Below are positions 11,247 to 22,162 of a stretch of 51,896 bases of DNA, piece after piece. Source of the stretch: Conidiobolus incongruus B7586 (taxonomy: Eukaryota); assembly GCA_000697335.1 (NCBI GenBank), contig JNEM01011138.1, forward strand, positions 1 through 51,896, written 5' to 3'. The notes below the pieces were generated by a model that did not search any database, was not told where the DNA came from, and saw nothing but the letters and a program-made list of their open reading frames with translations. Positions within the stretch are counted from its first letter, which is position 1; each line of letters opens with the position of its first letter. The translations under genes were made by a program, and so were the position numbers.

Positions 11247-14200
11247 ATTAATCCACACGACCTGTATGTAATATATACTCTTCAATCCTTTGAGTAGTGA
11301 TCACACAAAAAAGAAAGATAAAAATTTAATATTTAACATTTCATATAGAACTGGATTTATTTATTATAACCGGTTATATTTACCATACATGATTATTCAT
11401 TGATTTGACGATATAAATCTATTTAACTATAAATTATTAGAATTAATTCCAAAAATTATATAAATATATTTAATAGATATAAATCATTAAATAAAACTCT
11501 ATAATTACAATAAATTTTGTCATTATATGTAAATGTTTTAATTGATATTAAAGGGGAAAAAATTAATATTATTTTACAAAAGCCTCACAAATAATATTAT
11601 TTCTAAAATTCATTATTTCCACATGAACATCCTTTGAATATAATTTAAACTGGGTATCTCAATAAATCATAAAACCCAAATTCAAAGTTAACAATTCTAA
11701 TCCTAAAAAACAGTAGAATTATGGATTAAAAATCATATGATATCACCAATTAGGTAAATTACGATGAATTTTAAGTCAAAATGACTCAGTTTAAAATTAT
11801 TTCATTTGAATTTTATTTAATGCATAACTAAAATTGAATAAAACTCTAATTTTATCAATAATATTAATTATTAAAAAAATTAATAAGATTTTTATAATTA
11901 ATTGATTATATAAGATAATTGGATATAGTTATGATGATTAATGTTATTTATCTTCTAGTTCAATTTGGTTAGTGATTAAAGTTCATTTATCAGATAACTA
12001 TATTTGATTAAATTGGTTATATTTATTTATTTTTAATTTACCTAATATTAGTTATAATGAAATTTATAGAATGAGTTGCAAAATATGTTATAATATATAT
12101 TAATATTTGAGTGATACTTCTATAAACGTTTATAATGTATTCAGAATAATTCAATATTTGATCATATCCGCCTATATTAATATCTATAAATACTTAATAT
12201 CAGAATTATATTTTTAATATTAGGCTATGAAATAAGAAATTGAAAAAAAAATAAATTTTTAAATAAATTTAAAATTGATTTAATAAATTAATATTTTCAA
12301 ACTTTAAAAACTTAATTTTACACTATTAAAACTATACGTTCGTTAATCAGTTTAATTGTTATATTAAATTTAGCATTAATATCATTGAAATCTTTAAATA
12401 GTTTTCCAGCATAGAAGTCCTTTGATAGCACAAAGCTCTTGAAATCACAAGGGTTTATATTTGTATAGTGTATTTATTAATATAACATATCACTTTGACT
12501 CAATAAAGTATTTGAGCATATTTGTTTTTTATGACTTGGCAATATTATGAGTAATTTAAGCCCTTTAAACATAGCATAATAAATGTTATTTTGTTATATT
12601 TTTCTTTAAAAATATTTTTTATATGATTATATTTATTATATTTTCTTGTAGTATTAATAATTTAAAGAGAATATTTTTGAAATTTTTATCTTTAATTAAG
12701 AGTTTTTTTTGTTTTAAAAATTTTTTTAGATTAAAAAAAGTTATGATTTTACTTTTTAATTTAATCAATCTATTAAATTTCAAATAAGGTAATAATATAT
12801 TCAATGATACTGTTATATTTCAGTAACCCAAGTTTTTTTAAATATATTAAATATATTAGATATTTGAATTTTTACTATTTTTTATTTCTTGTAAGAAAAT
12901 ATTTATCTTACCTTTTTAGGCTTTTCTACCTTATATTTTATTTTCATATATGATTGAGGTATTTTAACTATTTTATAAGTACTCGATATTTAACAGCCAG
13001 GCCTATACTTATTTTAATGAAGAATTGTACTTTGTTAAATATATTAATTTAATGATAAATACTAATAAAAAGAACCTTCTTTTTCAAATTTCTTCACCAA
13101 CACAAGCCAAATGATATTGGAAGTTTATTTATGAAATATCAAGATTTTAAAAAACTTTTGATGAAATTTATTTATAATAAAATAATGTAAAAAGCGTCTA
13201 TTTTCAATATTCTATTGAAAAAACATTGATTCTTTTATATTTAGTATATTCAATTTAATTAAAATATATTATAAACTTTTATATCAACTGATATTAAAAT
13301 CTTTAAAATGAAATTAATCTATTTCATATTCAATTTTTTTTCTAAATCTAATAAATTTAAATACTAACATTATCTTATTAGATATACATTCCCAATACTA
13401 TTATTAGAAGTATGTAATAAAAATGTCATTGATTATTTTATATTATTATATCAAAAACCTAATGCTGATATGGTTTTTATCATTATTTCATTTTCAAATG
13501 ATAATATTTAGCAAAAAAAGAATCTAAAAATAACATATTTTTATAATTTTTTTCAAAGGTATTGGTTTTAATAATTTGTCTAAATATAGTTAGTTATCAT
13601 TTATAAAAATTATTTTTTGAAATTTCAAAAGTTTATTCTTCAGTGACGTATATCCTAATTAAGAAAAATATTAGTTGCTGAATTTACTTTTTGGGATTGA
13701 CAAAATTAACAAATGTTTTATATTTATTAAAGTAAGGAAAATGTCTTTATAATATGAATTTATGTATATTGGTGAAACTCTAATCAATATAATTATAGCC
13801 CTTAAAAATGGTAGGGTAATCACTCTTTGAGTCATTAGTGAATTGTTAACAATCTAAATACATATATATTAACCTATACTAATGTTCGAAATATAGTATT
13901 TTGCTAATTTAAAATAGAAAAAATTTCTTCATCATTAAGTGGTATAGTTACTAATAGTATCATAACATTTCAATTTTGAATATATTCAAATTTATATTTG
14001 TTTGTAAAATCATCAAATATTAATCTAGTTTATTATTATAGTTAACCAAAGGCTTGTTCGAAAAGCTATTCTAATATGATAGACTATGAATCTCAGAGAA
14101 ATCCACAAAAATTACATTTAAAAATCAAATACTCATCAAATTAAATTGAAATGGCTAATTTGTTAAGGTGACGGATTCTGACGAATGATGATAATTAATA

Positions 14201-14500
14201 TGTGACAAATATTAATTCTTAGACTATATGAAAATATAATATTCTCTTATTACAGTATAGATGAGTGTACTATCAATTTAATTTTTGTATTAGTGTTAAT
14301 TATTTGAACATTATTTTTCTCATTATTTTGTGATAACACAAGTATCTTATATTTAATCCAGATATTCATATATTAGTCATTCCAATTAAGGTGTATAATA
14401 TTATCTATTAATATGTATAAGTGGTTTAATAGTGTTACATTGTTAATTATTTTTCAAACAAAAGGATAACAACAACTGGAAAAATTAAAATGGAATTGGT

Positions 14501-14509
14501 ATGACTCAT
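14501..14509. promoter_or_regulatory. Gcn4/CpcA (AP-1-type) element ATGACTCAT upstream of ARG1; TATA-like TATAAAT at 14582
   Basis: Perfect ATGACTCAT 177 bp before the ARG1 ATG. Further TGA(C/G)TCA at 11782, 12496 and 13828. Confidence 0.65.
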
Positions 14510-14677
14510 CATTAATCCAAATTAGTTAAAATAGGGTCACTAAGGGTTCATATTTATTTCAATGAATAAATGCATGATGGGTATAAATATCAATTACATT
14601 TCACTCAAAATCAATTAAATTATATCTTTTTAATCAAAAAATTCGTTTTAATTAACAGTCAGAGCTAAAAATTAAAA

Positions 14678-15904
14678 ATGACTAAAGGTAAAGTAATGTT
14701 AGCATACTCAGGAGGCTTAGATACTTCGTGTATCTTAGCCTGGTTAATCGAGCAAGGTTACGAAGTGCAAGCTTTTATGGCCAACGTAGGACAAGAAGAA
14801 GATTTTGAGGCTGCCCGTACGAAAGCTTTGGGTATCGGTGCTACTAAAGTTCATATCGTCGATTTACGTAAACAGTTTGTTGAAGAATTGATTTTTCCTG
14901 CCATTCAAGCAAATGCTGTCTACGAGGATCTTTATTTATTAGGAACTTCCCTTGCTCGTCCGATTATTGCTCGAGCTCAGATTGAAATTGCTAATCAAGA
15001 AAACTGTACACATGTCTCTCACGGATGTACAGGTAAGGGGAATGACCAGGTTCGTTTTGAGTTAGCATTCTACGGTCTTCAACCTAAAATTCAAGTCATC
15101 GCACCCTGGCGTTTGACTGAATTCTGCGAACGTTTCCAAGGTCGTGCTGATCTATTAAAATATGCAAGCGAGAAGGGAATTCCAGTAAGTCAAACTCCTT
15201 CCAAACCTTGGTCAACAGATGAAAATCTCTTCCATATTAGTTATGAAGCTGGTATCCTTGAGGATCCCAATGTTACACCACCTGCTGACATGTGGAAGTT
15301 GACAAATGATCCTGAAAATGCACCAAATCAAGCTGAACACATCAGTCTTGAATTTGTTGATGGTCTTCCCACAAAATTAATTAATCATGGATCTAACTCA
15401 GAGATCACCGATTCATTAGACCTATTTATTGAGCTAAATCGCCTTGGTCGAGTTCATGGAATTGGCAGAATTGATATTGTTGAAAACAGGTTTATTGGAA
15501 TCAAGAGTCGTGGTTGCTACGAAAGCCCTGGAGGCACCATCTTGCGCCGTGCTCATATCGACCTTGAAGGTTTGACGTTAGATAGAGAAATCAGGAATTT
15601 CAGGGATCGCGCTATAAAAACCAGGTTTAGCGATATTTTATATCAAGGATTTTACTTCTCTCCAGAGCGTGAGGTCTTAATGCCTTCACTTATTGCTTCT
15701 CAAAAGGGAGTCACAGGCACAGTTCGCTTGAAGTTATACAAAGGAAATGTAATCATTGAAGGACGATTCAGTAATACAACCAAGCTCTACGATCAAGAAG
15801 AAAGCTCTATGGATGTACATGGTACCTTCACACCTCAAGATTCTGAAGGATTTATCAAGATTCAGAGCATCAGGTTAAAGAAATGGAATCACCTCGGACA
15901 CTGA
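14678..15904 (+). CDS. ARG1: Argininosuccinate synthase, intronless
   Basis: LAYSGGLDTS, HGCTGKGNDQVRFE, STDENL, GRIDIVENRFIGIKSRGCYE motifs; 408 aa, full length. Confidence 0.98.
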   Translation: MTKGKVMLAYSGGLDTSCILAWLIEQGYEVQAFMANVGQEEDFEAARTKALGIGATKVHIVDLRKQFVEELIFPAIQANAVYEDLYLLGTSLARPIIARAQIEIANQENCTHVSHGCTGKGNDQVRFELAFYGLQPKIQVIAPWRLTEFCERFQGRADLLKYASEKGIPVSQTPSKPWSTDENLFHISYEAGILEDPNVTPPADMWKLTNDPENAPNQAEHISLEFVDGLPTKLINHGSNSEITDSLDLFIELNRLGRVHGIGRIDIVENRFIGIKSRGCYESPGGTILRRAHIDLEGLTLDREIRNFRDRAIKTRFSDILYQGFYFSPEREVLMPSLIASQKGVTGTVRLKLYKGNVIIEGRFSNTTKLYDQEESSMDVHGTFTPQDSEGFIKIQSIRLKKWNHLGH

Positions 15905-16084
15905 GTGATAATCTTATTATATTAAAGATATGGTAATGATATATTTATTTATGGAATCAAAATTAGTTATTTTATTCAATCTATTTTACTATTTCATTTA
16001 CTATATCCATAAAAACTATAATCTTAATGTAATAAAAATTCTCATCATCAACAAATACAAACATATAGTTTTATTTTAGATTTC

Positions 16085-17000
16085 TTGATTAAATTATTGG
16101 TTGACTTCGATTGGTTCTGGTTGGTAATCTAGTAACATCTCGAGTATAAAACCCAACTTTTTCACTTATAAATTTGTATTAACCAACTCTCTCATAAGCA
16201 AAAGCTATAGATATATTTGAGATATGAACCATATCATTTCTAGTGAAATCTTTCAATATTCTCTCGCAAAATAACCAGAACTGAAGTTTCATTTATAATT
16301 TAATATCGCACTTTTAGGCAATCCAGTAGTATCTGAAGTATAGCAAATGATCACGATGCAATCAGAGCTCAGTAAATGATGATGATATTCGTGAATATCT
16401 CCTAATATAAAGAGTTCATTTAAATTGATTAATTGAGGTTTTCCAATTGAAGACTTCCAAGGTTAATAGAACAATCAACTATACCAGAGTTTTTTCACGG
16501 ACCAAAGAAACCATGCAGAAAATAATACTTAGATCATTCAAACCATGTGCAAAAAATAAAATGGTTGGAATTTCATCCTTGAGAGTGATTAATTTAGGTG
16601 TTTGGATTTGATTTAGTTTATACACAATAGGATCTAACTCAAAAGTATCAAATGATCCCACAGTACCATATTACAGTAACTAGCAGTGAAGTCAGCGATT
16701 AGCCATACTTGATGTTTGATTGAAAATAGAGTTATAAAATTAATAGGCTGTTTTGATATTCCATTGGATTGAAATAAATGGTATAAACCAGAACCAAATT
16801 TTTGTACTTTTTCGTATACTTCCCTATAAATTTCGAATTAATATCCTCCAAATGCAGCTGTACTTTTACTAAATTGATATGTTCCTTAGTAATCAAGTTT
16901 GTCACGAGATTTTACAGCTATAAAGTATTAGTTATTAAATTATTAAAAAATTATCACAACATTACCTCTATTTAGTAATCCAGGAACTGTGTAAGCTCAA
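16085..17000 (-). pseudogene. Long-chain fatty-acyl-CoA synthetase (FAA/ACSL) pseudogene, N-terminal half only
   Basis: Minus-strand fragments YREVYEKVQKFGSGLYHL, LFSIKHQVWLIADF, SFDTFELDPIVYKLNQ, ICYTSDTTGLPKSA (degenerate AMP-binding motif, about 16309-16348), HISNISIAFAYERV and KVGFYTRDVTRL occur in ACSL order with stops and frameshifts. Retained intron 16918-16965. Confidence 0.8.
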
Positions 17001-17894
17001 TAATCAGTTAATTTCAATAAAATTTATCAATACAATTAATATTTCTACAAACTCCTGTCTCTTATCACTTTGAGGCTGAATGATGTCTGTAGTTCAACTT
17101 CTCATTGTGATTACTTGAATATTGATTATTCTGTAGGCGCAATGATGATATAAATATATATATTATCATTCCAATTAATCTGAACTCGTAATTGACTTGG
17201 GTTAATTACAACAGTTAAATAATACTTGACAAAAACATTTAATAAATATTGACCTACTAAAAAATACATTAGCTTCATCATTTATATAATAATATATAGC
17301 TACAAATTCATAGTTGATATAAGATATATATTATGTTTTAAAAAATATTTTAATAAAATTAATCAAAATAGTGTGGTAATAATGATTAATGTTTATTTTA
17401 ATATATAAACTTTATAATTATTAACTTTATATTATAATTATAATTTTATGATTTAACAATTTAAAATTATAATTATAATTGTTAATTTCGATAATTTTAA
17501 AGTCTTTAAATAATAATATTAAAATTAATAATTATTTTAAAGATTAATTTAATTTTGATTTATACAATTGTAGGTACTATATAGAACATAATAAATTTTT
17601 ATTAAGAATTAGTTCATATATAAATAAAATTTCATAACCCTATAGTCAATAAAATAGTATAGTTTGTACCAATGAATATTAACATGAATAATATACAATA
17701 TTAATTCGAAACCTCAATAATACCAATTTAAATCGAAAAATTTAAATATCTTGAATATAATAAAAATCTTTAGTTATTTTATATCAAACATTAAAACAAT
17801 ATTTTTAATATGACGACGTACTTTGCTTTAAAGTAAAAAAAAATGATATTTTTATTAATTTTAATCAATTTCAAAATATATTGAAAAATTAAAA

Positions 17895-18400
17895 TTAAAT
17901 TTTTTCAACTATAACATAAGAAATTACTACATCATCCTCGTGAGAAATAGATAGATGATATTTAATATTATGATCAATTTGAAATCGATTAGATGCTATT
18001 TCAATATAGGGCTTTTCTATATTTTTTTTTAAATTAATCATTGAAATTGAATATTAATTATATATTAGTACCATTCTTTTTTAGTATTGAAACTTCACTC
18101 CAAGTAGGTTTCCAAGTGGGATAGCAAGCTTTATATATAGCTTCTTTACAACTCCATCTAAATATTTTAGTTTATATCATACCCAATTACATATATTGTT
18201 GTTTAAAGATTATAGAAAGTAGTTTACCGAACTGATAAATATTGTAATTGTTGTTCAAAATTAGACAATTTGGAGAATTCTTGTCTTTCCTTTGGAGATA
18301 ATATTCGATTAGTAAATTTGGTAAAATTGGAAGTGTTTTTGGTTATTAGAGTTTTTATTCGGTTAATTTTTAATATATCTGTCCCTATCCCAACAATCAT
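17895..18400 (-). CDS. PPT2: Holo-[acyl-carrier-protein] synthase (AcpS-type 4'-phosphopantetheinyl transferase), 126 aa, 3 exons: 18400-18228, 18157-18072, 18016-17895
   Basis: Not in the ORF track. Spliced product MIVGIGTDILKINRI...FTNRILSPKE...YLSVRWSCKEAIYKAC...NEKPYI...HLSISHEDDVVISYVIVEKI contains the AcpS motifs GIGxD, RW/FxxKEAxxKA and LSISH. 381 nt in frame. Confidence 0.93.
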
Positions 18401-18635
18401 ATTTTGAACTTATTTTAATGTATTGAATATAAAATAGTTGATTTCGATTTAATGATTATTATATTCAATTTTAAAATTATGGGATTTTGAACTTTTGATT
18501 AAATCTTTTTGTTTTTTGTAACTTAATAGTTAAATTTTATCAAACTAATTATTATAATATTGACATATTAAAACAAATTTTCTAATATTATACAAGGAAT
18601 ATTGGGTCACCTAAGCCACATATCACTTCAATTTG

Positions 18636-18846
18636 ATTCAGTGTACTTAAGGCATTGAGAGGAACCTTTTCGTTCTCCACTTAATTTGAAGCACTGAATA
18701 TTATATCTTATAAGTTATCTTCACAGAATGAAGAAAACTCAGTGCAATTCAAATAGAATTGAACATATAATTTCAGTAACACGGATATTAAGTGTTTGGC
18801 ATATTTGCCGCACAAAGATTTAACTCCTCAAAATGTGGAAACAATT
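18636..18846 (+). ncRNA. Candidate box H/ACA snoRNA (possibly snR44-like)
   Basis: Hairpin 1: TCAGTG(18638-43)/CACTGA(18692-97) with inner stems TTAAG/CTTAA and GAAC/GTTC. H box ATATTA (ANANNA) directly after it at 18698-18703. Hairpin 2 closed by TTTCACA(18719-25)/TGTGGAA(18834-40), followed directly by ACA (18841-43). Confidence 0.6.
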
Positions 18847-19738
18847 TATACACTTTTGACTCTCTTTGAATTATGGGATTGATGGATTGATTCTTTACTT
18901 AAAAACCAAAAAATTATTCAATTAAATCAATCATAACCTTTAAATCACTGTTGATATAATAATATTATTATTATTCGAAAAACAATTACATCTATAATAT
19001 CACAACGCTCACAAACCAATATATTTTATTGATAATAATATATTTATACCTAACTAATAATCATCATTTGATAAATTCAGTAATTCAAACTTAGAATCCC
19101 GAAAATTTTTGAATAATTTTTTAAAGATCAAAAGATCATATCAAAGAAATATACTTAATACAAATATATTAAAAGACCTTGATAAATATACTTATTATAG
19201 TTATTAAAGAAATATGTGAATTAAAAAAGTTAAAATTTAAAAAATTCCTAGTTAGTGCTTCAAACTTAAAAACATTAATTATATCATTAAAAGTCATATC
19301 AATTAATAAAATGTACATAAAATCAAATATACCTCGAAATTTTTTGCTAAATGTTCCTTATATTTATATTTTATTTTATTATATAATAATGATCATTGTA
19401 TATCAATAATAGATTCATTAATATATTCATATTAAATCATATTAACTTACCAATATATTAAGAGTCATCTAATAATATACCTTGTTTATATCATTGGTTA
19501 TAGGGATAAAAATAATCTAAAATGCCCGAATTTAGCATAATATTGAATTAACAACTACCAAGTTTCTAGACCGTACATTTCATTTTGCCTTTTTCTACAA
19601 TGATGAATTTATTGGCTTATTTTTTAATTTCCATATAAATTTTTAAAATTTAGTCAATATAATAAATACTAGAATATGATTAATTCATTCATTGAGTAGG
19701 ATATATTGTATAATAAACATATATATATATATATATAT

Positions 19739-20013
19739 TGTTAGGCCTGCAAATATGAGATATGAACATTATTACTAATCATATAATTGATGTATAGTTC
19801 TAATTAATTCATTTCATTCTATATTTCAATAACATATACACCTAGCTACTCAATACAGTAATGGATATAATTACTGATTACAAATCAATTGTTACTCATT
19901 TTTAGCTTCAATTCAGTATAAATACCATTCTTACTATTCACTTAATAAACAAGATCAGATTTAGCCAAATTTTCATTAATCACTTTTCTAATCCTATAAC
20001 CTCAATTCTAACA
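19739..20013 (+). mobile_element. Solo LTR (family B) inserted in an (AT)n tract
   Basis: 275 bp with perfect terminal inverted repeat TGTTAG...CTAACA and ATAT on both flanks. TATAA at 19866 and AATAAA at 19944. Confidence 0.6.
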
Positions 20014-21612
20014 ATATATATATCATTGTATTAAATCAGTGATAAACACTGAATATAAAGAAAATATTTATAGTTATTTAATATATTCAAATATAACATT
20101 ATTCTAAAATCAAAAAATAGGAAATTTTTTAATTTTTGATTTTTCTAATATAATATTACTTTCAAAAAATTATATATATAATGAATAAGAGAATATATAG
20201 TTTAAAAATATATATATTGATAGATATTGATTTTTAATAAAAAATTATGTTTAAAAAATTAATAATTTAATTTAGTTATACTTAAACCAAAAAATAATCA
20301 TTATAAGTTTATTATTTTAGTAATATTAAATCTTAACCACAAACCTCTTAAAATCATTACAAATTTACAAATAACTTATAAATATAATATTTTATTCAAA
20401 TCTTTTATTTATCATTAAATAAATTAATTTTAAAGCTAAAAGGTAAGTTAACTTTTTTTATTTTTTAACTATTAATAATATAATAAAATATATCAAAGAA
20501 TAGTCTTTTTATTTTAATTATAAAATTCTCAAATTATTTCAAAATCAGATATATAAGTGTAATATATTTATTGAAATTTAAACTTAGTTTAATTACAAAA
20601 AATATTAGATTAATACCCTATATATATAAAAAACTTAAAATTCTACAATAGCTGTAGTTAATTAAAACTTACTAGAATATAACAAAAAATTATAGTTTTT
20701 ATAGTAAATTATAGACTTTTATATAATTTTTTACTAAAACATCAATCAGATATTGAATTATTATTCTGTTTATAGATGAATTTTAATCACTATATTAAAT
20801 TATAAAAATATATAATATTTTTATTCATTTTAAAAAAAATAAATTAACAATAAGTTTTATATTTATTTAAACTATTTTTAATTAGTGTTCTTAATATAAT
20901 TAGATATACATATTATTTTACATAATAATGATAAAATACATAAGGTTAAAGCCAGAAAAAATTTTCTAATGAAGCATAATTGGGAAAAACTAATATATCT
21001 AATATAATCATTAAATTACAACTTGTATGATTGTAATTCATTTAAGCATTTAAAAATACAAAAGAAAATTTCTACAAGTTTAATTGGTTTGCTATTACCA
21101 AATTTTAATCTTTAATAAAAAGAACTATTTTTTAACTGTTAAAGGCTTGCTAAAGTTACAGCAAAAATTTATTAATAATCAAGAAAAGTATTAAATCTAT
21201 AATATATATGTATCTTTATAAATTATTTATTAATAACTTTATTTAATCAATGTTAAAAAAGACTAATTAAAATTTAGAGTAATATTTGAAACAACTGATA
21301 GCTGAATCTTCCATGTAAAATATCAAAATTGTATTTGAATACGATTTATGAGAGATATATTTATCTCAAAAATTGATAGCTTTGGGTCAATATTTATAAA
21401 TCTGTAAAGTTCAAATTTTGTGATACTAAATTACAATGATTACTAAAATACAATGTGATAAAGCATGTATCACTTGATATTAATACTTGACAATTTTCAA
21501 TTTAGTTTTTTAAAAGAATATAAATACTAAGATATTTACCCAGTATATATTCCTAAATATATTTTGTAATATAGAATTTAGATTCAAACACATCAACAAA
21601 TTCTGTTTATAG

Positions 21613-21944
21613 TGTCGAGGATTGGGAGGTCCGCTCACCATTAAATTTAAACCATCAGAAATTTTTTCGATTACAACTCATATACAAATATCATGCAGAA
21701 CCCTTACATGATGTGAAACCGGGTCAACAACTACAATCAGCGATTCAACAAATTGTTGTAAGGTCTGATAACACTATAAAGTCGCTACCATGCACATATT
21801 TGCTCGGGGATCATTACGATCAGGGCCAAGCCCTACATACTGATATTTTGATAAACCCCTTTAATGTATCTCGCTAGCCACCTTTGGCATATTTTATCCA
21901 ATCTACTTGATCCGCATTGCAAGACTACTCTCAGCAGGCTCGCA
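21613..21944 (+). mobile_element. Solo LTR (family A, copy 2)
   Basis: 332 bp TGTC...CGCA, flanks ATAG/ATAT. Shares blocks with 267-600: GGGAGGTCCGCTC, ACAAATATCA, CACTATAAA, GATCAGGGCCAAGCCCTA, ATTGCAAGACTACT. Confidence 0.75.
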
Positions 21945-22162
21945 ATATATATTATGAAAAGTAAAAAATTTGGCCAATTTGAAATTGTTGAACAAAATAT
22001 GAAATCATAGACAATTTCGTTTGTAAATGAAATATCAAGTTTGGTAAAATCGAGGTGGATAGGAGAATTTTGAAAACTATAAATGTGATGAATTCATAAT
22101 GAGTATATAAACAATAATTGGGATTTAGCTTTGAATAAATTACTTGGTTAAGATTTAGAAAA

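Noticed and set aside
14562..14618. 18-codon uORF upstream of ARG1 (arginine-attenuator-like?)
   Set aside because: It spans the TATA-like box, so it is probably untranscribed. It does not resemble the arginine attenuator peptide, which belongs to CPA1/arg-2.
14678..15904. Intronless ARG1 as a bacterial transfer
   Set aside because: The protein is fungal-type from the N-terminus on (MTKGKVMLAYSGGLDTS..LAWL..QGYEV). Other native genes here are also intronless.
5839..18400. Lipid/mitochondrial gene cluster (lipase, mitoferrin, ACSL remnant, PPT2)
   Set aside because: Ordinary housekeeping genes interspersed with ARG1, with no shared pathway or backbone enzyme. Co-location is probably chance.
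18636..18700. Hairpin as a SECIS element or tRNA
   Set aside because: No AUGA/GA quartet with apical AA, no upstream UGA-containing gene, and no cloverleaf. H/ACA architecture fits better.
21614..21877. An open frame of about 87 codons through LTR copy 2, with apparent third-position differences from copy 1 near the 5' end
   Set aside because: No ATG, and the same frame in copy 1 has several stops. The other copy-1 frames I read on both strands are also interrupted, so it is not a conserved CDS.
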